64,000 nucleotides of DNA, from contig JACRML010000031.1 in NCBI GenBank assembly GCA_016214995.1, positions 6,453 to 70,452 on the forward strand, written 5' to 3'. Both the position numbers and the translations under genes were made by a program. Positions within the stretch are counted from its first letter, which is position 1. Every line of letters starts with the position of its first letter. Below are positions 53,305 through 64,000 of the stretch, one piece after another. The DNA comes from Deltaproteobacteria bacterium (lineage in GTDB: Bacteria > Desulfobacterota > GWC2-55-46 > UBA9637). Under the pieces are notes generated by a model that worked only from the letters and a program-made list of their open reading frames with translations, did not search any database and was not told the origin of the DNA.

Positions 53305-54426
53305 TTGCTTTGTAGAAATTGCGGGACAAACTTCCCCGATAACATTGCAAACTGTCCAAAATGCAGCGCTGCTCTGCCCCGTCCAATCAAGGTTTTCAAA
53401 CCAGAGTCAGATAAGCCATCAAGCAGAATAAGAGCAGCCATTCTATTGGCATTGCTTCTTTCTGTTATAGGAATAGCTGTTTTCAAACTATATTTTATCT
53501 CCAGGCCCGGATTAGAAACAAGTCTGGATGCAGCCAAACAAGTAACCGCACCGAAGTTGGATAGAGAAGACAGCGCTCTGAATATTACGGAGCCTGTGAA
53601 AAAAAGACATACCTCCGAAACTATGACACGGCCTCAAGCTGTACAAGACTCGCATAAAGACCTTCTGATTAAAGACAGCGCTGAAAATAAAACAAGCTAT
53701 CAAAGGACACGGGAGGGCCTTGAAGAACAGGTTGAGAAGGGATTTCAGAAAAAAGAGGGGAGTCATTTTATTGTCAAGTTTGGAGATGCGGAGAATTCAG
53801 ACATCGGCCATCTCATCTCAATTGTTTTGGAAGAGGCGTATATAAAGGTGGGGTCTGACATTGGATATTATCCTAATGACAGGATAGAGGCTGTCCTCTA
53901 TACCCAACAACAATTTACAGATGTAACCAGGGCTCCAGGCTGGGTGGGCGCAATATATGACGGCAGGATTAAGATTCCTGTAGGCGGGATAACAAGCAGA
54001 ACCAGCCTTTTGGAAAAAGTCCTGTTTCATGAATACACCCATGCGCTAGTGCACAGGCTTTCCAACGGCAGGGCGCCGTTATGGCTAAACGAAGGCCTTG
54101 CCCAGCACGAAGAAGGCGCTGTCAATGAAGGCATCAATAACGTTTTGACTCAAGTTGCAAAAATAGAAAAACCACTGCCATTAAGACCGTTTGAAGGTTC
54201 GTTCATGGGCTTTAATGCAACACAAGCCATTGTAGCCTATTCTGTCAGCCTTTCTGCGACAGAGTATATAATAAAGGAGTTCGGCATGTCAGCAGTAAAG
54301 CGGATATTAGAAAATATTGGGACTGGGAAAACTATTGAAGAGGCTGTATCTTCAAGTCTTTATATTTCCTATGAAGACCTGCAAAGCAACTGGTTTATGT
54401 CGCTGAAAAGAAAATTTGCGGGATAG
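53305..54426 (+). CDS. Zinc-ribbon, single-TM, MA-clan metallopeptidase-like protein
   Basis: TTG start 1 nt after the upstream stop. CRNCG...CPKC, a TM helix, and HEYTHALV (HExxH) ...NEGLAQHEEG. Confidence 0.7.
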   Translation: MLCRNCGTNFPDNIANCPKCSAALPRPIKVFKPESDKPSSRIRAAILLALLLSVIGIAVFKLYFISRPGLETSLDAAKQVTAPKLDREDSALNITEPVKKRHTSETMTRPQAVQDSHKDLLIKDSAENKTSYQRTREGLEEQVEKGFQKKEGSHFIVKFGDAENSDIGHLISIVLEEAYIKVGSDIGYYPNDRIEAVLYTQQQFTDVTRAPGWVGAIYDGRIKIPVGGITSRTSLLEKVLFHEYTHALVHRLSNGRAPLWLNEGLAQHEEGAVNEGINNVLTQVAKIEKPLPLRPFEGSFMGFNATQAIVAYSVSLSATEYIIKEFGMSAVKRILENIGTGKTIEEAVSSSLYISYEDLQSNWFMSLKRKFAG

Positions 54427-54459
54427 ATAAATTTGGCCAGTGAAGAACTATACTCAATT

Positions 54460-54933
54460 TTACAGCATATCATGAAGTGTGATAATCTTATTTACCGAAT
54501 ATTCCTTTTTCCCTGTGGGAAGCTGTATAGCTACTTCATCTCCGACCTCTTTATTCAGAAGCGCCTTGCCGATGGGAGAGGCTATGGATATTTTTCCGTT
54601 TCTTGGGTCAACCTCTTCGGGCGTAACAAGCTCATACACAATCTCTTCGCCTGTATTTAAGTCTTCTAAAAAAACCTTTGAACCAAATGCAACCTTATCC
54701 CTCGGCAGACTGTCTAACTTGATTGATGCAAGGGCGTTTATCCGTGTATGTAAATGCGCAACCCGTGCCTGAAGAAATGTTTGCCTTTCCTTTGCGGCAT
54801 GATATTCGGCGTTTTCCCTGAAATCACCATGAGCCGCGGCTGCCCTTAGCTCTTTGGGCAGGTCTATTCTGAGCTCCTTCTCCAGTTTTTTAAGCTCTTC
54901 TTCCAGTTGTTTTAAGGCAGGAAGTTTATGCAT
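54460..54933 (-). CDS. greA: Transcription elongation factor GreA
   Basis: 157 aa. GDFRENAEYHAAKE. C-terminal FKBP-like SIASPIGKALL. Confidence 0.93.
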   Translation of the reverse strand: MHKLPALKQLEEELKKLEKELRIDLPKELRAAAAHGDFRENAEYHAAKERQTFLQARVAHLHTRINALASIKLDSLPRDKVAFGSKVFLEDLNTGEEIVYELVTPEEVDPRNGKISIASPIGKALLNKEVGDEVAIQLPTGKKEYSVNKIITLHDML

Positions 54934-54966
54934 GCTGCTTCTCCTATGAAAGAATAGATTACACAG

Positions 54967-55103
54967 ATTTTGAAATACGATTACCCAGAAATGTCATTCC
55001 TAGCAAAGCGAGGAATCTCGGCTTTAAGATTCTTCGGGCTTCGCCCTCAGAATGACAGTAATGCTGTCATCTGTGTAATCCACCTTTATAATCGGTGTGA
55101 TCT
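54967..55103. repeat. Family G element, copy G6, with a nested gaatgaca module
   Basis: gattacacagat and gattacccaga, then tgtcattcctagcaaagcgaggaatctcgg..ccctcagaatgaca, then atctgtgtaatc and aatcggtgtgatc. Confidence 0.85.
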
Positions 55104-55104
55104 T

Positions 55105-57522
55105 TCATATCATCTCCTTTTTAATAAGCCTTTTCATCTTTTCAACCGCCTCAAGTGCATCCTTTGCATAACCGTTCGCGCCTATCCTGTCTGCAAATTC
55201 CTGGTTCACCACCGCGCCTCCAACCATGGTCAAAACAGATACACCATGCTCTTTAAGCTTTTTAATAACATTATCCATTTCCATAACAGTTGTTGTCATC
55301 AAAGCTGAAAGACCAACTGCATCTACTTTATTTTTTATTGCCTCTGCTATGATTTTACCGGCAGGGACATTTTTTCCCAAATCAATGACTTCAAAACCAT
55401 GATTTTCCAATAGTGTGGATACAATATTTTTTCCGATATCATGAATATCGCCTTCAACAGTTGCCATCAAAACCTTGCCCATGCTTTGCGCTTTTTCCCC
55501 TTTAAACTCTTTTTTCAACCTGTCAAACGCCTTTTTCATGGTATCGGCAGAGAGCATAACCTGCGGCAGAAAGTAAATATTTTTATTAAACAATCGTCCA
55601 ACTTCTTCAAGTCCAGGTATGAGTCCCGCATTGCTTATCTTCAATGGATCCCATCCATGCTTCAAAGCCTCTTCAACCAATGAAACAATCCCTTCCTCAT
55701 CGCCGTTGATAATCGCATTCTTCAGCTTTTCATCAATTGTTTTAGGTTCTTTTTTTTCTTCTGACTTCTGACTTCTGACTTCTGACTTCTGGCCGTATCT
55801 CCTGATATATCTCTCTGCTCTCAAGTCATGGCCTGTCAGCACAATTGCGGCATGATATGCATCCATCATCAGACTATTATGCGGATTTATAATAGCAGCG
55901 TCAAGACCCGCCTCAATTGCCATTGTTAGAAAATTTGCATTTATTGCCTCCCTGTTCGGAAGACCGAATGAGATGTTGCTTACCCCAAGTATCGTGGAGA
56001 CTCCGAGTTTTTCCTTGACCATCCTAATTGCCTTCAAAGTCTCCCGTGCGGATTTCTGGTCTGCGCTCACTGTCATTGCAAGACAATCTATCACAACATC
56101 GGATTTTGAAAGGCCACATTCTAAAGCCCGCTTTAAAATTATCTCCGCAACGCAAAACCTGCCTTCTGTGGTCGGCGGAATGCCTTTATCATCCAGCGTC
56201 AGGCCGAGCACAGCTGCTCCGTATTTTTTTGCAAGAGGAAGGATTGTGCTTAATTTCTTTTCCTCTCCGCTTACTGAGTTTATCAACACCTTCCCGTCAA
56301 CTGCCTTTAAACCTGTTTCTAAGGCTTCAAGGCTTGAGGAGTCAAGAACTATGGGAAGCGGGCAGTTTTCATTGACTGCAAATACAGCCATCTGCATTGA
56401 TGCGGGTTCGTCTATCCCAGGCACCCCGACATTTACATCTAATATATGAGCGCCTACATCAGCCTGAGATTTTGCCTCTTTGCGGATGATAGAGGTCTTT
56501 TTATCTTTAATTTCCTGCTGGAGAAGTTTTTTGCCAGTCGGATTTATTCTTTCGCCTACAATTACAGGCGGCTGGGCGCCGCCAAATGATATATATCCGC
56601 TGCGGCTCGCAAGCCTGGTTTGGTGGGCATAGCCCACCCTACGACCTCCTGACTTCTGACTTCTAACTTCTGACTTCATTGCCTTAATATGCTCAGGTGT
56701 TGTGCCGCAGCAGCCGCCGATTATCTTGACGCCTGCGTCCAAAAGTTTAGGTACATACTTTGCCATCTCGGAAGGGCTGGCGGGAAATATGGTTTTGCCG
56801 TCTTTGAGATACGGTATACCTGCATTGGGTTGGGCGATTAAAGGCAGGTTAGTAACCTTGCTCATCGCAATAATCGCCTTGTAGATTCCTTCTATGCCAA
56901 GACTGCAGTTTGCGCCAATAACATCAGCGCCAAGACCCTCTGCAACTACGGCAAACACCTCTGGCGGAGTGCCAAGAACAGTCCTCATGGTCTCATCAAA
57001 TGTCATGGTTGCCGCTACCGGCAGGCCAGATGCCTTTGCAGCAATGATTGCCGCCTTCATCTCCCTTATATCCATCATCGTCTCAATGATGATTAAATCC
57101 ACGCCGCCGTCTTTTAGCGCACCAACCTGCTCTGAAAATATATCCACTGCCTCATCAAATGACAGGTCACCCACAGGCTCCAAAAACCTGCCGGTTGGCC
57201 CGAGTCCGCCTGCAACAAATTTATCTTTACCGGCTGACTCTCTTGCGTTTTTCGCTGCATTGAGATTTATTTCATGGAGTTTGTTTTCAAAATTATATTC
57301 CTTTAGCTTGGTTCTATTGGCGCCAAATGTGCATGTTGTAACAACATCAGAACCCGCATTTATATATCCTTTGTGAACTGTCTTTATCATCTCAGGATTT
57401 GTGATATTAAGCTCATCAGGGCAGCCGCCTGGCTTCAATCCAAGCCTCTGAAGCATTGTGCCGGTAGCGCCGTCAAAGAGGATGGGACGTTCATTTAATA
57501 TTTTTAAAAATTTGCTTTGCAT
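55105..57522 (-). CDS. metH: Methionine synthase (Hcy-MT, pterin-binding and B12-binding domains; no C-terminal activation domain)
   Basis: 805 aa. GGCCGTTPEHI, GERINPTG, and the DxHxxG B12 motif GDIHDIGKNIV. Two in-frame repeat inserts. Confidence 0.92.
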   Translation of the reverse strand: MQSKFLKILNERPILFDGATGTMLQRLGLKPGGCPDELNITNPEMIKTVHKGYINAGSDVVTTCTFGANRTKLKEYNFENKLHEINLNAAKNARESAGKDKFVAGGLGPTGRFLEPVGDLSFDEAVDIFSEQVGALKDGGVDLIIIETMMDIREMKAAIIAAKASGLPVAATMTFDETMRTVLGTPPEVFAVVAEGLGADVIGANCSLGIEGIYKAIIAMSKVTNLPLIAQPNAGIPYLKDGKTIFPASPSEMAKYVPKLLDAGVKIIGGCCGTTPEHIKAMKSEVRSQKSGGRRVGYAHQTRLASRSGYISFGGAQPPVIVGERINPTGKKLLQQEIKDKKTSIIRKEAKSQADVGAHILDVNVGVPGIDEPASMQMAVFAVNENCPLPIVLDSSSLEALETGLKAVDGKVLINSVSGEEKKLSTILPLAKKYGAAVLGLTLDDKGIPPTTEGRFCVAEIILKRALECGLSKSDVVIDCLAMTVSADQKSARETLKAIRMVKEKLGVSTILGVSNISFGLPNREAINANFLTMAIEAGLDAAIINPHNSLMMDAYHAAIVLTGHDLRAERYIRRYGQKSEVRSQKSEEKKEPKTIDEKLKNAIINGDEEGIVSLVEEALKHGWDPLKISNAGLIPGLEEVGRLFNKNIYFLPQVMLSADTMKKAFDRLKKEFKGEKAQSMGKVLMATVEGDIHDIGKNIVSTLLENHGFEVIDLGKNVPAGKIIAEAIKNKVDAVGLSALMTTTVMEMDNVIKKLKEHGVSVLTMVGGAVVNQEFADRIGANGYAKDALEAVEKMKRLIKKEMI
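55758..55790. repeat. In-frame ttctgac heptamer array inside metH
   Basis: cttctgac followed by ttctgac repeats. Translated as QKSEVRSQKSE in the linker before the B12 cap domain. Confidence 0.9.
56600..56680. repeat. In-frame mosaic repeat inside metH (palindrome module plus heptamer array)
   Basis: ggtgggcatagcccaccctac plus ctgacttctgacttctaacttctgac. Translated as SEVRSQKSGGRRVGYAHQTRLA. Confidence 0.85.
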
Positions 57523-57529
57523 TGGTTTG

Positions 57530-58129
57530 TTATCTTTTTATAAAGTCTTTGTTATGGCCAAGGGGGAAGGAAATATCTATATGGCCTGCAAGTGTCTTTG
57601 CCTTTTTCCCTTCTATGAGGAACTGCACCCGCTTTACTTCATGGAAGTTGAGGGTTATTGTATTGACAATGGAATAGATGGTTTGCAATTCAGCCGAGCT
57701 TCCCCCCGGATGTTTCTCGGATATCTCCTTGCTGAAATTCAAAAACGCAACACCTTCTTTAATCTCCACGCCAAGAAACCTTGTGCCGTCAGGGATAGTA
57801 GGTATAAGCCGTGCCTTTGGACCATTGATAAGGCCCTCTATGCTTTGTTTAATTTCTTTTGTCAAACTGCCCTTTGCTATCTCCCTTTTTTCTGCATTTA
57901 ATGCAATACCCTCATCACCAGAAAAATAGAGGTTTACTGTTTTTATCTCCGGCTTTTGGGGAATAAGGAAAGACGGAAGTTTTTCGCCGTACTTAGTCAA
58001 GAGCAAGATTCCGATCACCACGGTAATCAAGGCAATGATGATTACGGTCAGAATAGCGCCGCCGGAACTGCCCCTTTTTTTTCTCAACCCTTTTGATTTT
58101 TGAGCGGGTGGTATTTTTTTTTTAGCCAT
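57530..58129 (-). CDS. GerMN domain-containing membrane-anchored protein
   Basis: 199 aa with a TM anchor. GerMN-like core VAFLNFSKE...LQTIYSIVNTITLNF..VKRVQFLIEG. Confidence 0.7.
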   Translation of the reverse strand: MAKKKIPPAQKSKGLRKKRGSSGGAILTVIIIALITVVIGILLLTKYGEKLPSFLIPQKPEIKTVNLYFSGDEGIALNAEKREIAKGSLTKEIKQSIEGLINGPKARLIPTIPDGTRFLGVEIKEGVAFLNFSKEISEKHPGGSSAELQTIYSIVNTITLNFHEVKRVQFLIEGKKAKTLAGHIDISFPLGHNKDFIKR

Positions 58130-58239
58130 GCGCGTATTATCAAAAAATGCACCTGCATTTTTTCCGGGTTAAAGATGAAAGCCTCCAGCCCCCCAAAGCA
58201 GCGATTGATTTTTTGGGAAACCCGTACCCATTGCCTTTA

Positions 58240-59037
58240 TTACACATTTACCAGTTCAACAGTATCAACATTTGCAGTCATGAATTTACCGCCAACCTGC
58301 CTAAATCTGTCAGGCGAATCTGTAACAAAGAATCTATGCGAACCCTGTTGAGAAGATGCAACCTCGAGAATGCCTCTTTTCATAAGACACTGCGCAACAG
58401 CTGCTGCGGTTTCGTGGCCTGAATCTATCAGTGCAACATCCTTGCCCATAATTTCTTTAATTACATCCTTCAACAGCGGATAATGGGTGCAGCCAAGTAT
58501 CAATGCATCCACCCATTGCTTCTTTATCTCCCGCAGGTATGTATGAGCAGTTAAGCGGGCCATTTGATTATTCGTCCAGCCCTCTTCTACGAGTGGAACA
58601 AACATGGGGCATGGTTTTGTAAAGACGGCAATTGAACTGTCAATAGCCTTTATGGCGTCAAAATACGCCCCACTTCTTATCGTCCCCTCTGTTCCTATGA
58701 CGCCAACCCTTTTAGTCTTTGTTATTCCAACTGCCCTTCTTGCGCCGGGTTCTATCACGCCTACTACCGGTATTGGCAGCTCTTGCTGCAGCCGGTGCAG
58801 GCAATATGCAGAGGCGGTGTTGCATGCGACTACCAGCAGCTTTATATTAAACTTTAAAAGAAATCTTGCGTTTTCAAAGGAGTATCGTGTAACTGTCTCA
58901 ACAGATTTCGTGCCATAGGGGACGCGAGCGGTGTCTCCAAGATAGATGGTATCTTCCCCCGGCAGGGCATTCAAAATTTCCTTCAGCACCGTGAGCCCGC
59001 CTATGCCGGAATCAAATATCCCTATTGGCTTTTTCAT
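58240..59037 (-). CDS. murI: Glutamate racemase
   Basis: IGIFDSGIGGLTV, VVACNTAS, LGCTHYPLL. Confidence 0.95.
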   Translation of the reverse strand: MKKPIGIFDSGIGGLTVLKEILNALPGEDTIYLGDTARVPYGTKSVETVTRYSFENARFLLKFNIKLLVVACNTASAYCLHRLQQELPIPVVGVIEPGARRAVGITKTKRVGVIGTEGTIRSGAYFDAIKAIDSSIAVFTKPCPMFVPLVEEGWTNNQMARLTAHTYLREIKKQWVDALILGCTHYPLLKDVIKEIMGKDVALIDSGHETAAAVAQCLMKRGILEVASSQQGSHRFFVTDSPDRFRQVGGKFMTANVDTVELVNV

Positions 59038-59128
59038 CTAAAAATGCCTTTCTCGCCATAACAGTGCATAAACATGCATTATAATTGCTATCAGTTTAGG
59101 TAATTGCCCTTACTTTGTCAAGTGTCAA

Positions 59129-59421
59129 CCCCAAAAATGTAGTTGCATTTTTTGACAAACGCAATCTTTGGCTAAATACTGCGTCAGGGGCACCCATTGA
59201 GGAGCAATGGGTCGGGCTGTCCAAATACTCACATACTTAAAACAGTATGCTCCGTTTTGTCCAGCCATCTTTTCCTTGCCCTTGACAAATTATGTATTTT
59301 GTTGAAGCAAAACACGAAACCCCTCTTTGTTAAAGGCAAAGGAGATAATTTGTCAAGGGCTTGTCTTTGGCTCAAATCTTGTGTTTGCCCCGAAAAATAA
59401 CAACTAAATGCATTTTTCGGG
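59129..59421 (+). mobile_element. MITE-like element, copy 2 (293 bp)
   Basis: Same termini and core as copy 1. Differs by two internal hairpin insertions or substitutions. Confidence 0.6.
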
Positions 59422-59480
59422 ACAAGCGAGTTTTGCACACTAAATAAAAATCCCACAGATGTGTCTGTGGGATTAATTTC

Positions 59481-59556
59481 TGGCGTCCCCACAGGGATTC
59501 GAACCCTGGTTACCGCCGTGAAAGGGCGATGTCCTTGGCCTCTAGACGATGGGGAC
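59481..59556 (-). tRNA. tRNA-Glu (UUC)
   Basis: Reverse complement GTCCCCATCGTCTAGAGGCCAAGGACATCGCCCTTTCACGGCGGTAACCAGGGTTCGAATCCCTGTGGGGACGCCA. Anticodon loop CTTTCAC. Confidence 0.93.
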
Positions 59557-59564
59557 TTTAAAAA

Positions 59565-59657
59565 CAGTGAAAAGTGATGAGTGAATAGTGTTGAGATTTA
59601 TTTTGTTCTACCCATTTTTGTTTTTACTAACCACTCATCACTGACCACTGCACACTG
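59565..59657. repeat. Heptamer-array hairpin between tRNA-Lys and tRNA-Glu
   Basis: cagtgaa aagtgat gagtgaa tagtg ... ctaaccactcatcactgaccactgcacactg. Confidence 0.8.
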
Positions 59658-59664
59658 TAGTTAC

Positions 59665-59740
59665 TGGTGAGCCGCCCGGGATTCGAACCCGGGGCCCACG
59701 CCTTAAAAGGGCGTTGCTCTACCATCTGAGCTAGCGGCTC
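59665..59740 (-). tRNA. tRNA-Lys (UUU)
   Basis: Reverse complement GAGCCGCTAGCTCAGATGGTAGAGCAACGCCCTTTTAAGGCGTGGGCCCCGGGTTCGAATCCCGGGCGGCTCACCA. Anticodon loop CTTTTAA. Confidence 0.93.
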
Positions 59741-59752
59741 GTTATTAAAACA

Positions 59753-59799
59753 AAGGTTGAGGTTAAGGTTGAGGTTTCTCTTAGCCTTAACCTTGACCT
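59753..59799. repeat. Hexamer-array hairpin (aggttN units) after purA
   Basis: aaggttgaggttaaggttgagg, loop, agccttaaccttgacct. Same unit family as 38913. Confidence 0.8.
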
Positions 59800-59804
59800 G
59801 TTTT

Positions 59805-62100
<2,296 letters not shown>

Positions 62101-62107
62101 ATATAAG

Positions 62108-62215
62108 AAATCCTAAACCCCAATGTCTAATTCCTAATAAGATGTCCAATAACTAAATTTTTAATATTTTTTTGATATTTGACATTTTATTGGAAATTAG
62201 GATTTAGAAATTTAG
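62108..62215. repeat. AT-rich repeat-array hairpin (cctaat / attagg units)
   Basis: aaatcctaaaccccaatgtctaattcctaataagatgtccaat ... atttgacattttattggaaattaggatttagaaatttag. Confidence 0.8.
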
Positions 62216-62279
62216 CACAATATCTACTTGTTTTCATCATCCGCTATAAATTCGTAATTTCAATTCGTAATTGATTGTA

Positions 62280-63863
62280 TTACAGCTTTACCACCTTTGC
62301 AGAAATCATATGTGGCAGTTTCAAAAGTTTTGACAATAGGTCAGCCGGCAAAGGGGTATCGATATTCCAAACTGATACAGCCTCACCGCCGATTGCCTGT
62401 CTGCCGAGATGCAGTCTTGCAATATTGATATTGCCTGTGCCGAGCAGTGTGCCGACATTGCCTATAACACCGGGTTTATCATAATTGTGAAGCACCAGGA
62501 GATAACCTTCTGGCACAGCATCCAGGAAGAACTTATTTATTCTTACTATCCGGGGTTCTTTTTTGCCAAAGAGCGCGCCTTCTACAAGGTTTTCTTCCTC
62601 TTTTGTTTTTACCTTTATGGTTATGCTGCTGGCAAAATCAATGGCCCTTGAAGTCTTCATTTCCACTACCTTTATACCGCGTTCCCTTGCAACAAAAGGG
62701 GCATTTACAAAATTTACCTGCTGATCCATTACTTGATCAAGAAGGCCCTTTATGACAGCAATGGTAACAGGCGCAACATCATAGGAAACAACATCGCCGC
62801 TATATTCTACTGTAACCTCTTCTATGCCGCCTTTGAGTATCTGGCCCTGGAAAATACCAAGTTTTTCAGCAAGCATGATATATGGATTCAGGCTCGCAAG
62901 CAGTTCTGCAGGCACAGATGGAACATTTACAGCATTTCTTATGGTGCCTTTTATAAGGTAATCCACAATCTGTTCAGCTATTGCTATGGCAACATTTTCC
63001 TGCGCCTCTGCGGTAGACGCGCCGAGGTGCGGTGTTAGAATTACCTCCTCCATTTGTAATAAAGGATTATCGGACGACGTTGGCTCTTTTTCAAAAACAT
63101 CCATTGCTGCCCCGGATACCTTGCCTTGTTTTATAGCATCACACAAATCTTTTTCATTGACTATTCCGCCTCTGGCACAATTTATAATCTTCACGCCTTT
63201 TTTCATCTTTGCAAAGGCGTCTTTATCCACTAGACCCTTTGTTTCGTTTGTAAGAGGCACATGTATGGATAGAAAATCACTTCTTTTATACAACTCCTCC
63301 AACGATACCAACTCAACCCCCAATCTGTCCGCTGCCTCTTGTGACAGATATGGATCGTATGCAATCACATTCATCTTTATACCCTGTGCTCTGTCAGCAA
63401 CAATACTCCCGATATTGCCCACTCCGAGTATGCCTAGGGTCTTGCTCGTTACTTCAGTGCCTTCAAATTTTTTTTTCTCCCATTCGCCTTTTCGCATGGA
63501 TGCGGTTGCCTGTGGAATCTTTCTCGCCAGCGCCATAAGCATTGAAACTGCGTGTTCTGCGGTAGTTATGGTATTGCCGCCCGGGGTATTCATGACAACA
63601 ATACCTTTTTTTGTTGCAGCCTGTGTGTCAATATTGTCAACGCCTGTGCCTGCCCTGCCGATAACCTTGAGATTATCCGCCGCCTCTATGATCTCAGCAG
63701 TGACCTTTGTGGCGCTCCGTACAACAAGGGCATGGTAATCCTTAATTATCTTCTTGAGTTCTTCCGGCTTTAGTTTTGTATTGACATCCACCTGCAAACC
63801 GGGGGCATTTTTAAAAATCTCAACACATCTGTCAGACATGCTGTCGCTGATAAGAACCTTCAT
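62280..63863 (-). CDS. serA: D-3-phosphoglycerate dehydrogenase (long form with ACT domain)
   Basis: MKVLISD..., NAD motif GILGVGNIGSIVA, catalytic region LTPHLGAST, C-terminal ACT. Confidence 0.92.
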   Translation of the reverse strand: MKVLISDSMSDRCVEIFKNAPGLQVDVNTKLKPEELKKIIKDYHALVVRSATKVTAEIIEAADNLKVIGRAGTGVDNIDTQAATKKGIVVMNTPGGNTITTAEHAVSMLMALARKIPQATASMRKGEWEKKKFEGTEVTSKTLGILGVGNIGSIVADRAQGIKMNVIAYDPYLSQEAADRLGVELVSLEELYKRSDFLSIHVPLTNETKGLVDKDAFAKMKKGVKIINCARGGIVNEKDLCDAIKQGKVSGAAMDVFEKEPTSSDNPLLQMEEVILTPHLGASTAEAQENVAIAIAEQIVDYLIKGTIRNAVNVPSVPAELLASLNPYIMLAEKLGIFQGQILKGGIEEVTVEYSGDVVSYDVAPVTIAVIKGLLDQVMDQQVNFVNAPFVARERGIKVVEMKTSRAIDFASSITIKVKTKEEENLVEGALFGKKEPRIVRINKFFLDAVPEGYLLVLHNYDKPGVIGNVGTLLGTGNINIARLHLGRQAIGGEAVSVWNIDTPLPADLLSKLLKLPHMISAKVVKL

Positions 63864-63918
63864 TAAAACCTCCATAAAAGCAGGAATTAGAAATTAGGAA
63901 TTAGTTTCTTCTTCCCTG

Positions 63919-64000
63919 TTACTTATACCCTTCCAACAAGATCTCCTGCGCTGCCGCCACGCCTTTACCAAACTCCACCTTATAGCCAAACTTTTTCAGC
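63919..64000 (-). CDS. 3' end of a truncated CDS (partial), function unknown
   Basis: Minus-strand frame ends ...LKKFGYKVEFGKGVAAAQEILLEGYK-stop. Its position upstream of serA would fit a serC-type aminotransferase, but 26 aa are not diagnostic. Confidence 0.3.
   Translation of the reverse strand, partial: LKKFGYKVEFGKGVAAAQEILLEGYK

Noticed and set aside
57523-57530. Cobalamin riboswitch or SAM element upstream of metH
   Set aside because: metH starts 7 nt after the upstream gene's stop, so there is no leader space.

Overview
This is a 64 kb bacterial chromosomal segment from a diderm organism, probably an uncultivated anaerobe, though the lineage cannot be fixed from sequence alone. It is gene-dense and mostly housekeeping. 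Calls include larB-larC, queC, a GT2/GT-C glycosylation trio, dgt, hemL, mscL, topA, dprA, cpoB, a hexaheme c7-type cytochrome and hflX. They also include dinB, glyA, rpiB, the full yceD-rpmF-plsX-fabHDG-acpP-fabF cluster, an NlpC/P60-EnvC-CtpA-YibQ envelope cluster, rodZ, greA, metH, murI, purA, hisZ and serA. Three tRNAs are present: Phe-GAA, Glu-UUC and Lys-UUU. No rRNA, CRISPR array, integrase or transposase was seen.

Two things stand out. (1) An accessory defence island lies at about 23.0-34.1 kb. It holds three toxin-antitoxin modules: XRE-DUF4065 with a truncated RelE-like toxin, a small antitoxin with a PIN toxin, and an MNT/HEPN pair. Each toxin is followed by a copy of the same G-rich repeat. 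Next comes an intact 1313-aa Eco57I-type fused nuclease/N6-adenine methyltransferase. It is translationally coupled (ATGA overlap) to an uncharacterised 841-aa protein whose only recognisable parts are a C-terminal zinc ribbon and a PD-(D/E)xK-like signature. Remnants of an older restriction-modification system follow. The methyltransferase plus 841-aa pair is my best candidate for an undescribed system. (2) Several families of structured repeats are unusually dense. They are heptamer-array hairpins at nearly every intergenic junction, 'GATTACACAGAT' double inverted repeats in front of gene starts, a mosaic hairpin-module element, and a MITE-like element. Pieces of these repeats are translated in frame: inside queC and metH, as C-terminal tails of rpiB and rodZ, and as the signal peptides of two exported proteins.

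All calls rest on motif recognition by eye. No database search or folding computation was run.
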